A stretch of 64,000 nt of DNA from Balanoglossus misakiensis. Lineage: Eukaryota > Animalia > Hemichordata. Location: positions 7,579,097-7,643,096 of the forward strand of contig CM082598.2 of NCBI GenBank assembly GCA_040954595.2, read 5' to 3'. Made by a program: the position numbers and the translations under genes. Shown one piece after another: positions 14,835-26,600 of the stretch; within the stretch, counting starts at the first letter, position 1, and the number at the start of each line of letters is the position of its first letter. Below the pieces are notes generated by a model. It was not told the DNA's origin, did no database searches, and saw nothing but the letters and a program-made list of their open reading frames with translations.

Positions 14835-15060
14835 CTGTATGTATGTATGGATGGATGTATGGATGTATGTCCGTCCACATCAAAAACTTGAAAACCACTG
14901 CGTGTATCACCTTGATATTTGGTGTGCAGATGCAGGCTGGGCTGTAGATGGGAGTTTGTTCAAATGAAGTTGTCGTTGCCAAAATACACAAATTAGCTGG
15001 AAAAATGTGAATTTAGTCAAAACTCAGTAACTCAAGAACTACTGGTCAGATTGCTTTGCG
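14835..15060 (+). repeat. Interspersed repeat with (TGTA/GGAT)n microsatellite (Helentron/HINE-like non-autonomous element)
   Basis: Reverse-complement copy at ~18430-18625 (GCAGATGCAGG...GCTGTAGATGGGAGTTTGTTCAAATGAAG); a similar end at ~48460-48600. Confidence 0.55.
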
Positions 15061-15761
15061 AAGTAGTGTGTATTTACTTTATTGAGTTGTTTATATACAC
15101 TGCAAATTCCTGAATGATTACATAACTGGCTAAGTTTTAAAGAGGCCAGCTGTTCTATTTAGTGTATGTATAGTACATATGCTATTGGCAGCTTATGGGT
15201 CAGTCAGTGCTTGCCCATTGATCTCTTGCTATGTGTGTGTGTGTGTGTCTGTCTGTCTGTCTGTATATCGCCATGTACTCCGGTGTAGACTTTTTCTTGT
15301 GTATTCCCTCAATGGGACCATTGTGTCCTTGACGCGATTTTTATTATGTTTGATACAAGAGACATTTTATATTAATGTACATGTGTATATGTAGTTAATG
15401 AACGTTCAACCATACACAATTTCCATCCCACTTGAATGATCTGAGCATAAAAACTCGCCTAAAATGAATAAATGATAGAGACCGATTATCGGCGTGTGTT
15501 TTTTTATCACTCTGGTGGCTACAAGCAGGGTTGAAGTTGTGTGTGGTGAAATATTGATTCACTATATATCCACATGTAGAATAACAGAAATGGTGTCATG
15601 TAGCAAACCTAATTCATGGAAAAGGGGCAGCGAGATAGACAAATTGTCCCTTTAAGGACACCTCTCTATTAAAGACACATTTTGTGCTCCCAGAGGTGTC
15701 CTTCCTAGGCAGGTTTCAATGTACTTCACATGTTAGTTGTACTCAACTACAGTCTGTATGG

Positions 15762-16460
15762 CAGGGCTCGAAATTAGCGGTAGTCCCGCGTCCACAGACT
15801 ACCAACTTTTCCCTGGGGCTACCAAAATCTGCGTAATGGTAGCCCCCGCGGACTACCAAAACTTTGCGTGTGCGATCGACGCGATGTTGATCGCTTTGAC
15901 CTGATCAACGCTCACACGCGTACACGGCCCGATCAAACCAGCACTCTACAGCGAGACTGTGACATTGTTATGCAAATTAAAATCCACAGTGCGTGCAGGA
16001 GAATGTTTGATACAAACTTTCAATAAAAGTATCAATATCTGAACTGACTAATAACTGTAGTCTATTTTTAGTCTTGTTATGTCTCCTCCCCTGCTGATCA
16101 CTGTGGTCGTTGTCATGGCGAATGTAAAAATTTGCATATAACCTCTGCGTATTAATAGGTCATCAAACTTTTGGGTGTCGCCCTTGTCTGGACATGTACA
16201 TGCTATTCTTATACAGGGTATGATCTGCATGCAGCCAGCCAGGTACTAGAAAAAAAATTCATGAGCACAAGTCAATCATGAAAAAAAATATTTTTATTTT
16301 TTTCTTATGAGATTGATGAAAAAAATATCCTTCACAGAAAAAAAATATCACTCTTCATTGAAAAGGTGTGCGGGCTACCAGACCTTGTCATGGGGCTACC
16401 AACTTCAGAAAATGGTAGGCCAAGTGGACTACCAGTGAAAAAAGTTAATTTCGAGCCCTG
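15762..16460. mobile_element. hAT-family non-autonomous element (hAT5-like, 5-bp TSD)
   Basis: TIR CAGGGCTCGAAATTA ... TAATTTCGAGCCCTG; TATGG on both flanks; subterminal G(G/A)CTACCA repeats. Confidence 0.85.
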
Positions 16461-19400
16461 TATGGAATCATTTCCTGGTTTACATGGTGAGCTTTACAAA
16501 AACAGATAAACCACCAAAAAAAGTCAGGGCCATATGTAGAGAATGATCTTGAAACTCAGAATTTTACCATAATTACCTTGAATATCGTAAACTCTTCATA
16601 TCGTCAAATAACTGCAATGCAGTACTCAGACCTTCAGAAATCATACCGTATTTCTCACCTGCTCCTGACAACAATCTGAAATACAACAACAATCATTTAA
16701 CAAAAGGTGTATGTAAACAACGTCTACTCTGATTGTAGACAGATTTGACTAAACATTTTATGAAACATTTAAATTTAGGAACCTCTAATAAACGCAAGTG
16801 AGTCAAAGGTCAAAAAGAGCGGGTTTGTCTCTTTAACCTTCATCCCCAGTTCCTTCTATACAAGTCGAACCTTTTAATGGAAATCGATGGGTTTGGACTG
16901 AACCTTGGTTGTGAAAGGGTTAATGGGCTTCCATAATTAGTGTTCTTTAAAATTAGAGGGTGGTACTTAGGGGTTATTACACTAAATTAGGTGAGAACAA
17001 TAGAAAGTGGCTAATACAGGCTCTGCATGTATGATAATAATGACAATTACCCTTCTGCTTTAGAATCATCACCATTAAGCTATATTGATTGTATCCGCAT
17101 CAGTTTATCATCTTTTGCTAATGCATAACACGACTGTTGTGTACTCTTTAAATGGAGGCTGATTAAATCGGTGTGACACCCATTTAAAATAACACTAAAT
17201 AACGCAAAACTACAATGTGTGCGCGCAAATATTTTGTCACAGTTGCGTGACATGCGCGCAAAAAAAATCCATTGAAAGATAACAGCGGGCGAGGCTATCT
17301 GGGGCGCCTTGTCAAGGTTGGCCGGTCAGGCGCCCTGTACACATGTACGCGTACGCGCTCTTGTATGCTGTAGCAGGATGCACAGTGATGTACGTGCGGT
17401 AACCTAGGCCACAAACTTGACACGTGTCGGGGCTATAATTTATGCACACAGAAGCCATTAGATATAACAAAGCAAGTAGGGCTTCTGGGTCATTTTCCTT
17501 GATGATGTAACACAAGAATTCCATACCTTGTCTGTACTAATGCGTATCGGGGAGGGGGGGGGGGACCACTTGCAACAAGATCTCTTTCATGATGTTTATG
17601 TACTTTATTCGCTACATTGTAAATTCTTTTTTTTGTGTTGGGCCATCTAGACATGAAGGGAGAACTCATTCAAGTCGATGTTTATCTGAAAGCCTACTTG
17701 TCTATCGCTATTTTGTTGCACGTAATTCAAATACAATTTCACGAAAAAATTGTTGGCTCTTTATTCCATAATAATTCTGAAGAAGCCAATCCTATTAACT
17801 TACAACTCAAATTTATAGAAATCAGCCATAGAGTGTTCACTTTCTGAGAAATATAATTTTTTATCAAAATTGGTAAATATACCCCCAAAATACAAGACAT
17901 TGCCCCCACAAAACATTGACACATTCATCATAGGTTTTGTAAATCATCATGACAACTCACCATGGAACCTTCAAATCAAATTTCAAAGCAATGGAGTAGA
18001 GGGTTCTGAGAAAGAGTTTTGACCAAAAATGGCAAAAATCACCCCAAAAATATACACTATTGAATTCTACAAGTTGATTTGACAAACACACATCTCTATG
18101 CCTACCAAATTTCAAAGCAATCTGACAAGTGGTTTTACAGAAAAAAAAAATGATCAAAAAGGCAAAATTTGCACCAAAATTATAAATTTGCAAATTTTGC
18201 AGCAATTTAAACAAAGCTTTGATAACTCACATCACCTATATGAAGCACCATACTAAATTTCAAAGAAGTCAGATCATCAATTCCAGAAAAGTAGATTTTT
18301 TACCAAAAATGTGGAAAAAGACAAAAAAATGCATAAATTATAGAAAATTCAAACTATTAGTTCAAAACATACACAACTGTGTGAGGTTAATATTTATAAG
18401 GTACATGCATACTAATTTTCAAATCAATATGACCAGTGGTTGTTGAGTTTCTGAGTTTTGGCCAAATTTACGTTTTTCCCAACTAATTTGCATATTTTGG
18501 CAATGATAACTTCATTTGAACAAACTCCCATCTACAGCCCTGCCTGCATCTGCACACCAAATATCGAGGTTATATGCACAGCGGTTTTCAAGTTTTTCAT
18601 GTGAACGGACATACATCCATACAGACGCAACCGATCTCATAAGGACCCACTAGTACATACAAATGGGACCTAAAGATATTTGGGTGCAACTTGTAGACTG
18701 CATCATATATATATTGTTTCGTCGCCCAAATTGTGTGTGTGTGGGGGGGGGGGGTGTTCCCAATGTGCCCTTCCTATGATATCTGCAATAATTGTAGCCT
18801 AGATGGGATGATTGATCAAACCCATAAGCGATCAACCAGCCTACCAAAGCTACAATTATTGCACCTATTCCTATGATAGCTGGATCCATAGAGTAAACTG
18901 TACAAAACAAATAAGTGTCAGTATAAAATGTGGTAACTTTTGGCGTTTGTTTCTTCCCACTGAAATTCGACATCGCAAAGTGATTTCAGATGTCAGTTTA
19001 TATTTATAATAACATTGCTGCCACTAAGAAATATGAATGAAGTTGCACAGTTCATATAAACATTACACCACTGGCAACTCACTGTGCTATATCATGCCAC
19101 TTTTATGATCCCTTTTGACCTCTACATCCTGGCTTTTTGTCGGTGTGAGTATACAATTTCGAGTTTACCAACCATGCTATTGAATCAATGCACTTTTTCT
19201 CATCCTTGAACAAAACTGTTGAACATTGCCTGTTAGAAAAGGTTAGCTGTTGTATTTAACGTTGAATGGTGAATGATGTCATACAAACAAACCACCAGGA
19301 TGTAAGGTCACACAGGGGTCATGAAAGAGGCCTGTAAGATACTCTTGTTCTTTGCCCTCTTTCTAACCCTGTTGTCAGTGTCACTAACCAGCAGCAGGAA

Positions 19401-19877
19401 TTGGACAGGGGTCCAGGCTATACCTATATGACTGTTTGCTAACATTAAGTGTGTTTACTTGAGTAAGTTGGGTACTATAAAAGGAATTGTCACTATTACT
19501 GTAGAGGGAGACATGGGTCTACCTGGTTGATTTATATTTTACATGTTGTGCTTAGATTAATAGAAATAATTTATGCACGGTTAGTTAGGAACACTTCTAT
19601 AACTAGTCTGCATTTTTGCCTCTGCCAAATAGTAAAGAAAAAACATCAGAGAATAGGCAGAGTAGAAACTAAACTGCGCTCTCCTAAATATAAAATGGTT
19701 TACCCCTAAGTCTAATGTGATGCATAGTGTGATTCAATTTGTGTCAATAAAATTTCAACCACATCAGTGTTCAGTGAAAACAGTATGTGACATACTTTTC
19801 CACCTGACCAAATCTATTAGAAACACATTTTTTAAAGAAATTGTTTTAAAGGGGCAGCTGCTATGACGTTTGGGATT

Positions 19878-20332
19878 AATAGAATCTCACACTCCCAAGG
19901 ACCTGGGATCGTATTTCTCGCATGAGTTGGGGATTTTCTGTCACACACGAGCCGCAGGTGATTGTGGGACAGAAGACCCCGACGAGTGTGAGAAATACGA
20001 TCCCAGGTCCTTGGTGTGTGAGATTATTTTTCTCACACGGTCATAAATTAGCCAAATTCGTTAAAACATTGAATAAATGACTCTGGAACTGTCGTCTGGG
20101 GGCACGTTATAGTTCTGTCCCTGTAATACACATCGCGCCATTGGATAACATTTAGTGCGCGAAGAGAAAGAACTCTTTGTCAACCAATCAGCGCTCGCGT
20201 CATATACAGCTTTCGATTCAGTGAGAGTGTGAGAATAATAGAATCTCACACTCCCAAGGACGTGAGATCGTATTTCTCACACTCGTCGGGGATATCCTAT
20301 CCCACACTCCCAGCAGCCAGGAGTGTGAGAAA
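19878..20332. repeat. Palindromic interspersed repeat (long hairpin plus partial direct repeat)
   Basis: 19884-20025 folds back on itself (ATCTCACAC..CCAAGGACCTGGGATCGTATTTCTC ... GAGAAATACGATCCCAGGTCCTTGG..GTGTGAGAT); its start is repeated at ~20238. Confidence 0.65.
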
Positions 20333-20338
20333 TTAAAT

Positions 20339-20517
20339 ACAGTAAAACCCGTCTGAACCGAACACTGAAGGCACTGAAGAAATTGTTCAGTTTACAGACA
20401 TTTCCAGATTGCAAAGGTTCTTTTAATATGTGATTCTATGTCGAAGGGACTGAAAAGGTGTTCAGTATAGACAGGTTTCCAGATTAGACAGGGCTTGGTT
20501 TTGACAGATTTTACTGA
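20339..20517. mobile_element. Degenerate pogo/Tc1-like MITE
   Basis: TACAGTAAAACCCGTC ... GACAGATTTTACTG imperfect TIRs. Confidence 0.5.
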
Positions 20518-22587
20518 AGGTTGAAAATTAATTCTATGTGGCCACTGAAGATTCTTGTGCTACTCCCAACAATATTTTGAAACCCACAATTTATGTATAA
20601 AATACCATCCACTTAATATTTAAATGTCACCAAAAACATATTACTCTAAATAAATAAACATATTCTATAAAAACATATTTTTTAGACATGTTGCATATTT
20701 ACGTAACAGTAGTAAAAAACTGTGAATGATAACATCCACGGGCTATGTTGACAAGTGAAGTATAAATGGGTATATTAGCATGCTGTTTGGAGTAGAACAA
20801 GAAATTCCCATTGATACTCAGAACAAAAATATATGTACATCAATTAAAGCCAAAAGTTACAGCTAATGTCCTGTTAAGTGCATTGTAATTTAGAAAACTT
20901 CTGGAGCAGTGAATAAATCCTACTATTCCTAGTCTATCAGAAGTTTTTTTTTCATTATAAAAATCGAGCTAGTTGCTTTAAAAAAAATGAGACACTACTT
21001 TGCACAATAGTTATGAGAGCTTGCATTCACACAGATTTGAGACAGATATCTCAAAGCGTTAACAAAAAAACATAGAGAATACTGTTTTTGCGAATGTAAT
21101 TTAAATTGCTTGTTACGTGAACTGATAGTAGTGAAAACAATGGTGACATTGAAGTAACCGAAATGTTCTCCTATATCAAGCTTTCAGAGATAATTAACAG
21201 AGAAATGTTTATTTCAAAAAGTGAATGTCTTATTTTTTAGCTTATACAGTCACAATATGTAATAGAGGGACTGTGAGATAGTGCACTGGTTTGGCTGTTG
21301 TTTCACTACAGATTTTTGTGGTGGGGGTCACGGGTGGGTCTATGATGGGGGAAACCAGAATAGACCCCCCCACCCTCCCCCTATCTGTGTTTCCATAGAG
21401 ATAATGTAGTACTAAATGTGACATTATTATATGACTCAGAAGGTCACATAGCTCTGCGTACAGGTCTGTGTGTTCCCAGCTGTATGCAGAGCTAAAGGTC
21501 ACACAGAGAAACAACACGACAGAGATCTCACCATCTCAAAAAGCTGACTCTGAAAAGCATGTAAAAGAATTAAGACTGACTTACCTGCAAGGAGGACCTG
21601 TGTCACACATCTCTGCCCGCCAAGGTCTTGCCAACGACCCTGGCGATGTCTGTCATCTAGTCTTGCTCCAGGTCCAAAACTATAGAACGTCCTGTGGACG
21701 CGATGCTAATCACACTGGCGGCGCGTTGTACTGTTCCTTTCCTTTATCGACAGACACAGCGACTGCCATAAAGCCATGTCATCACCGGACTCTCATCATA
21801 TCTGATATACTTCCCTGGCCGGTCGGGGCAATACCGACGTCACGATAAAACGTCGTAGGTTCCGTGGCAACACCGTAGCTACACCCTGATCTGAGTGACG
21901 GCAACTGATCCAGGATCTCAATCACTCACCCGGCTCTGTCAGTGTCATGGCTCTCTCTCTCAACTACAGTGCGACCTGTGATGACGACCACCTCGCAAAG
22001 TTCTGTCAAGCGCCGCCGTGTCCAATGTAGAAAGGTTGCGAAACCCTTTGAAAACACTGCCAAGAATGCTCCATTATCCGAAATATGTTCTTTCACTGAC
22101 GTCTCCACTCATGAGAAATTTAAAAAGGGGGCGTAACACGCTGTTGTAAAAGATCAGCTGATTCGCGACCAAAACATTCACGATTGACCCTTGACCTAGG
22201 ATAGTCCTGTACCCTCGATCCAGCACCAGCTAAGTCGGCGTTGTTAAAATAATTATTAGGTAAACAGCCATCACTATAAGCTATAGATGTAATTCAGTAA
22301 ACCAAAATCTTTAAAAATATATGTTGTCAAGAACAACTTATTGACCAAGGCCATGGCCAGAGGTACATCCAAAAAATACCAACTGTACATGGTTATTCTT
22401 ATATAACCTTTGACCCCGATTTGTAAACAGTGCTGCACATATGTGGCCCAAAATGAACCAACGATTCACACGACCAAGTCCCACGACCGGTTGTGCGACC
22501 GATTTACAGTCGCGAATATAAACCCACTAAAGCTCGCGTACCTCTAAAAGGCAGTAGCAGTTGCCGCAAAGAGGACTATCAACGCAT

Positions 22588-22795
22588 GGAATTCGCGCAT
22601 GCGCCAAGCCTATCAAATCGGGCATTGCTTTGCGACAGTAATAAAACAATGGTGTAATGTTACGGGGGGGGGGGGGGCTACAACGTTTTTAGTATGACCA
22701 ACCACCACCACCCCCCCCCCCCCACACACACACACACAAACACGTACGCATCACCACAAACAACAACAACATCATCATCATCATCATCATCATCA
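22588..22795 (+). repeat. Left terminal inverted repeat
   Basis: GGAATTCGCGCATGCGCCAAGCCTATCAAATCGGGCATTGCTTTGCGACAGTAATAAAACAATGGTG... is the reverse complement of 61358-61540. Confidence 0.95.
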
Positions 22796-23489
22796 TTTCA
22801 ACAATCAGCAGTAGCAGGTCGAGGAACATGAGGAAAGGAAGCTGTACGACCGTTTGTAGGTCGTGGCTATAGGTTTTTGATTTTCCCGTCCCTTCTCTCT
22901 CAACGACCGACAGGGTTGTGCTATTAAAGGTTTCTTTTCGACATATCTTCTCCCACGACCGGTTTTTGGTCGTGGCTATGCTAAATTTCCAATTTCTCGA
23001 CAAATCTTCTCCCACGACCGTTTTTTGGTCGTGGATATGTGAAGTCTTTGATTTCTTGGTGTTTCTTCTGCCGTGTCTTTATGTCTTCACTCTGCTCGTC
23101 ACTCAAGTGTTTTACCGACATATAAGGCGCCAATGGCCAAATAAATAAACATTCTTAGTGTGAAAGTAAAGCGCGCGATGATCTTGATGATGGCGCCTTT
23201 TTTAATTCCCATAATTCGCCAATATTGCGCAATAGCTGCAGTATAAAATGAACGTTCGCGCTTTTTGTCGTCACTTGTCGTGAAGATCGCCATGATCGTG
23301 GAAGACGTGCCGAACGATTTCCCAAACCATGGAATGGAAATCGGCATACGCCGAAAGAAAAAGTTTATTTCTAGGGCGGAATTTTGCCTGAAAGTACTTT
23401 GTAAAAATCGAAGGTGTGATTCAAGGCTACAAAGTGATGGTAAAATCTTCAAGATCCCCACTCTTCGCAGAGAGGTACGTATTACTTAA

Positions 23490-23674
23490 AGGTATACGGT
23501 CACCTCGAATTTGCATACGCGCATAGATGGCTGAAATGGCGTATTTGAGCGTTCTAAAGAACATATGGTGGCGCTCTTTTTTTCGCGTGTGCCACCCACT
23601 GAAAATCCGTGATTGGCTAGATCCCAATTCGCCATGGTAACTATAGCTAATTTTCCATAGGTGACCGTATACCT
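23490..23674. mobile_element. TTAA MITE in intron 1 of the helicase gene
   Basis: TTAA|AGGTATACGGTCACCT ... AGGTGACCGTATACCT|TTAA. Confidence 0.85.
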
Positions 23675-26600
23675 TTAACTGTTTTATTTAGTGTTCGACG
23701 AACGCGCCAAGATGCTGGGTGCTCTAAATGGGTTAGGTGATTTTATCTGATTTTAACAAAGTTAAAACCAGGGAAAGTTAACGAGGTTCGCGCCACTGAA
23801 TTGGCGATTTTTATAAACGCTTCACAATGTGTACATGCTGCTGATATTGTATTTTCATCGTATTCGGAAGTTGATTTCGATGATTGATAATGACTCTACG
23901 CGCCAAAGTCGATAGGCTAAATACGATATGATTTCGGGTTGTGGTAATATGCAGTAGCAGTGTGGTAAAACCGCGATAGAATCGTTAAAACAATAACCGT
24001 TACAAAGCTCGTTTCGATATAGTGAGGTCTGAAGATATGGATCTGAACCCTAATCACTGAGCACATAGAAAGTGCGCAAAACCGGATACGCCGCGTCTAT
24101 GTCGATCAGAGAGCGGACAGTCATGATATATTCCCCGAATCCGATGTCATTGCTTGGCGCAAAGCTATTTACAGTTTTTTTATGACGAGTGTAAACGAAA
24201 ATATATGTAATTTATTGAGAAAATAGCTTTTAATCACGAGATGAGTAAGCGTAGTTTTTCGGCGCTAAATTGGCAGTCGGTGAGCCCCCTGGGGTGACCC
24301 CCATTAAATGCTTCAAACCAAATCAGACCTGAAACCAAATGTTGTCGCTGCAAATTGTCCCCCAAATTTTGGGACCGCATAACTTTGTGTGGAGTGACCG
24401 TGCTTAGTATAATATTTGCGTAACTGCATGCATTTTTTCATCTAAAACATCATTGCGCGGCAAACTAAAATTGTGGCGCGAAGCGCACGATCATTCCCGC
24501 CCGATACTAGAAGTAGTACCGCGCCGCTTCGCGACACCTTCAGAATCGACCAGCCCCTGAAGCAGCGGAGATAAAATCCATTCTGGTATTATGTCCAATT
24601 CACTTGTTGCATCCCAATATAATTTGTATCCACAATATTAGCAAGGTAAAATTGTATATACAAACATTTTAGATGACATTTTTTTGACTCGGTAAAAAAA
24701 GATTGTCTTTAAAAATGTTCATGAAGCAGGGACATTATCTCTTGAGCGCTACAAAATTGCCCATCGGTTGATTATGTTCTCACTCAGTTAGTATGATGGT
24801 TAGTATGGACTTATTCATTAAAACATTTGGGTAGATGTATTAGCCAAGTTAGAATATGGTCGGGTCTGTCAAGAACTCCCAAAAGGAACATTAAAAAAAC
24901 CGCGAAAATTTCCCCGGGGGAAAAAGCGCGCTTTTATATCTGAATAAGCAGGCAACGTCAACGCTGATTGGTCCAGAAGATAATGAATTAATTATCTGAC
25001 GTCAAGTAATTATAACTTTCCAAGCGCGGGAGATACACATAGATACGGCTCCGCAGATGCCTCTCATTAAAAAGAGCTCCGCATCCTGTCATCAGCTCGG
25101 CCTGAATATGTTTACATTGAAAATACGCAATTTGATAGCAATAGTTTAATCTAGGAAGCCTTCTGCATCACTCAGATCATGAACGATGTCATAAACATAA
25201 TAAAACAGTGGTTACTTGGCAAGTGCTGAAGCCAAACAAGACCATACAGGGTACCAGCAATGCGCATAAGATATACGTGCGCACAGGGCAATAAAGTACC
25301 AAACTGCATTGATTTTCACTGGGTGGTTACACACTCTTCTAACGTTGCCGCCCTGATAGGTCCGTACTTGTAGTGAGGAATATACTAATTTATTAATGTA
25401 CATAAGGGGTGGACAATTTGATTGTGGGGGGGGGATTTGTCAAAAGCCTTTTGCCGGGAAAGAAAAACCTGTTCGGGCTGAGTAAAAAATGTTTCTAATA
25501 AGGCTTTCGAAACAATCTGTTTGGAGAAGAAACAATTGCTGCTGTGGTTGAAGAAAAAATATTGTCATACCCAATCCCTCCAGCCGTCCCCCAGAAATCA
25601 CATGGTCTACCCCTAAACTGCTGTATGTCAATTGTCATTTCACGATTGTCATGCACACTGTGGCCCCTTTGAGAAAGTTTGATATGGAAAGTTTGACAGT
25701 ATGTTACATTTAAGCTGAATTTAAACCACTCATCGGGTAGGGGAAGGGTTATATTATTTGCTCTAATACAAGGGAATTGTCTATCCCATGCCATAAGAAA
25801 ACACTTTGAAGTTTTACCTGCTCTTACCAACCATTAAAAATATGCAGAAGTCAAATAAAAAATGCTGAAAGTGCATTTTTAAAACCCAAACCTGCTTCAG
25901 GTAGTACAGTGGTAATTTAAATTTTGATAGTTTCTTGCATATACATGTGAATTTTTATTTATAATTTTAATTCATTGTCCTTTTATTTTCAGTAATTGTA
26001 TCATTACCATGGAGGATTTAACCAGCACTGAAAAATTGATCCGGTGTATAAATAACCAGACCAAACTGGGGGTTATTTGCTCCCTGAAGAGGGAGGAATT
26101 ATCCACCTACATCCAACAAAAAGTGTCCACTTTTTATGCAAATGACCAGGTGGTCACTCTAAACAGCACAAAAATGATTGGTTTTCAACCAATTGACAAA
26201 GTTTTTGTACTGTCAAATGAGGTAAGTTATCTTTTTATTATCATAACTGCTCTGAATTGTATGCATGTTCTGAACTTATAGTCATCAATGAGAATTCTTC
26301 AACCTCTTTTCTGTCAACATGTAAGCAGATCTAGTGGCAGTATGGGTAATAATAATGTTTGTGTGCATATGTACACATCGACTGATAGCTAACTACTTTG
26401 TGATAAGGATGAGTCAGACTCAAAGTCTAATTCTAAGGCTTATTACTGAGAGTTGACAGTTTGCTAGGCTTTTAATTCTGTTGACATTTTTTTATTTCAC
26501 TTACTATTCTTTTTTTCAAATTTTGTTTGTTTTCAAATTTGTTTTTTATTTTACCTACTGTTTGTACAATTGTGTATTTAGGCCCTTAGATTATTTTATT

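Larger units (their letters stand above)
8263..15723. mobile_element. Nested insertion stack: pogo-like MITE split by a TTAA MITE, which is itself split by ~6.9 kb of further insertions
   Basis: TACAGTGAAACCTG near 8263 pairs with CAGGTTTCAATGTA near 15710. The TTAA|AGGGACAAAGTCTCTC left end at 8380 pairs with the remainder of that MITE at ~15340-15651|TTAA. Confidence 0.7.
1979..16675 (-). pseudogene. MED25: MED25 (Mediator subunit 25) partial multi-exon copy with frameshifts; exons ~16577-16675, 7242-7362, 6668-6821, 5935-6127, 4996-5227, 3465-3656, 2656-2779, 1979-2136
   Basis: GT-AG exons translate to LLSGAGEKYGMISEGLSTALQLFDD / [29 protein letters not shown] / RGVHFSIISPRKLPEL...DPHHMILLKG (MED25 VWA domain) and KSVVWHGALEWQE (start of ACID/PTOV domain). 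Apparent frameshifts near 6020 and ~2060; first exons not found. Confidence 0.85.

Noticed and set aside
18650-18973. Signal-anchor-like peptide MDPAIIGIGAIIVALVGWL
   Set aside because: Short, interrupted by a local inverted repeat, and no further exons or family motif identified
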